Assembly: GCA_964019335.1 (NCBI GenBank)
Contig: OZ025741.1
Coordinates: 1-64,000 of the forward strand
Origin: Diplonema japonicum
Taxonomy: Eukaryota > Protista > Euglenozoa: Diplonemea
Direction of reading: 5' to 3'
DNA length: 64,000 bases
The position numbers and the translations under genes are program-made. How positions within the stretch are numbered: the stretch's first letter is position 1; every line of letters starts with the position of its first letter. The notes under the pieces are model-generated. The model ran no database searches. It saw only the letters and a list, made by a program, of their open reading frames with translations, and had not been told where the DNA came from. This document shows positions 62,335-64,000 of the stretch, piece by piece.

Positions 62335-63715
62335 TTACATATTAGAGACGGTGATGTAGCGGTGCACCATGTCGTCGCCGCCGAAGGGCGCGTTGCGGAG
62401 CAGTTCACGGACAGACGCCGCCTCGATCTGTTGGGTGGGGTTACAATTTAAATAAATGAAAACAAACCTTCTCCCTAGGTATGGGTTTGACCCTTCGTTT
62501 CGCTTTCTTCTTGCTGTGACGTTCAAACTGTGCAATCTCCCCCTCCGTGACGGGAATGAGAGCAGTGCCCTGCGGAGCAAGTGCCTGTGACAGCAGCGAC
62601 TCAAAATTATGAATCTGATCAACTGTGGTATCTGTGTAAAACAGCTCCTTAACCCGAGCAACATTAACGGAGAGAGGGGCAGACGGAGAGGAGTTGATGT
62701 ATTCCTGCAACACAGCAACAACATGCTCGGGAAGACCGTGTTGTGCAAAGATGGTAAGGATGGAAGAGATGGACAGTGGGTGCATGGAATCCTTCCCGTA
62801 CACCCACATGAAGAAAATAAGATGAACAGTGTCGGTGGGGAGCATGCCGAGGTCGGAGGACATCTCGTCGTACAGCCGAACACACCACCAGAAGATGTTT
62901 GGTTTCTTCGCACGCAGAGCATGTATCAGTAAAGCATGTACCCCTGCAACCTGAGACGAAGCATGGGCACAGTGGTGTTGGTACGCGCTTGAAGCAGGCC
63001 CGTCGCCGGAAAACCCGTTTATTATGTCGTACTTTACACCACCCTTCACCACAAGCAGCTGGTATGCCCGTTCTGTAAACAAGGTGGAAGAGGTGCTCAT
63101 CGCACGAAGCATTTCAAAGCAATCCCGCATCTCCCATCCTTTGGCGTGCACCGCCACCCCCACGCTCCATCGTTCTGAAAGCGAACCCGCAACCCAGTCT
63201 TTTTGCATATCCTGCATCTCGGATTTGATGGACTCCCATTCGGCAGGGCGAAGCATGGCTCTGTAGCACATTCCTACCATCCACGTTGTGTATTCCTCGT
63301 AGCTGGACCTGACGTTCACACCGGCTTCAAGAAGATCCTTGCGAAGGACGGGTAAGGATGGGGAGTCGAGGCACAGCAGTGTTTCAGTCCAGTGGACCAT
63401 GCGTTTCATGACCAGTGGGTGTGCTTCCGCATATTTTGGTGTGTTGCCCAGGTAAGACTCATAGCTGAAGTGGTAGTACTCGGGTGAGAAGGTTTCCTTT
63501 TTGCTTTGTCTGCTGGCGGCCACCTCAAGCAGCATCTGCTTGTCGCCTCTCTCTGAAAGCGGCCATGACTTCTCCATCGCTCTGTGCAGCCCTTTTACCG
63601 TCCAGTCCCTTCCCGCCGATTTCCTCAGCACCGCGCTGGGAACCATTGCATCCCCGTCTATCTGGAACTTTCTTCGTAATGCTGCGCGTGCTGACTTTCT
63701 CACAGCAAGAGCCAT
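62335..63715 (-). CDS. Hypothetical helical-repeat (PPR-like) protein, possibly mitochondrial, ~446 aa, 2 exons
   Basis: Arg/Ala-rich N-terminus and PPR-like segments (LYDEMSSDLGMLPT; ILTIFAQHGLPEHV). Intron 62428-62467 (40 nt, GTTTGT..ACAG) gives an in-frame last exon. The PPR call is tentative. Confidence 0.65.
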
Positions 63716-64000
63716 TTTCTTTTTTTTATAGCTTTTTTTTCCTCTTTTTTTCTTTGAAAGATTTCTGATAACCCCTAAACGCCCGCGCGGACGTTTTTGT
63801 CCTTATTTCAAAATTTGCTTTTCGCTAAGTACTTTTTTTTGAACACGGCCCCTGGACTTCAAAATATGGCATTGTTGCGCGGTTTATTTTGTCTTGGAAC
63901 TACATTTTGCGTTAAAAGTTTTGTTTTAATTGAAACCGGCAGGGTTGGCTTAAAATGAAATCAGATGGTCAAAATAGCAGCGAAAACGTGAGTCTCCCCC

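Noticed and set aside
62181-62408. Long N-terminal extensions in the ORF track (also 25842-25916, 39381-39452, 43010-43234, 52242-52355)
   Set aside because: They begin mostly at non-ATG codons and run through homopolymeric spacers or the upstream gene. The downstream ATGs are better starts.

Overview
Eukaryotic, gene-dense window. All 15 protein-coding genes I can support lie head-to-tail on the minus strand with short spacers (several only 63-190 nt), as in a polycistronic, probably trans-spliced unit. Together with a kinetoplastid-type receptor adenylate cyclase and many cis-introns, this suggests a non-trypanosomatid euglenozoan, most plausibly a diplonemid (inference). The ORF track misses 18 well-supported GT-AG introns (17 of 32-62 nt, one of 463 nt) plus one candidate. 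They have mostly GT(A/G/T)TG donors and A/C-rich rather than pyrimidine-rich 3' ends. Removing them joins the fragmented ORFs in frame. Genes: receptor adenylate cyclase, 2OG-Fe(II) oxygenase, a ~5270-aa surface protein, a GRIPAP1/CCDC186-like coiled coil, a protein whose ubiquitin fold appears split by a ~380-aa ankyrin/SH3 insert, a CUB-EGF multi-TM receptor, a triple-repeat protein, a C-terminal F-box protein, a tandem-PBZ/RS protein, a 2506-aa Thr-rich 11-mer repeat protein, a hypothetical protein, an IQ protein, a BUD23-like methyltransferase, an ankyrin-polycystin channel and a PPR-like protein. Mobile DNA: a long hairpin, a 594-bp TIR element and a 962-bp TTAA-flanked piggyBac deletion derivative. 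All family calls are by eye, without database searches.
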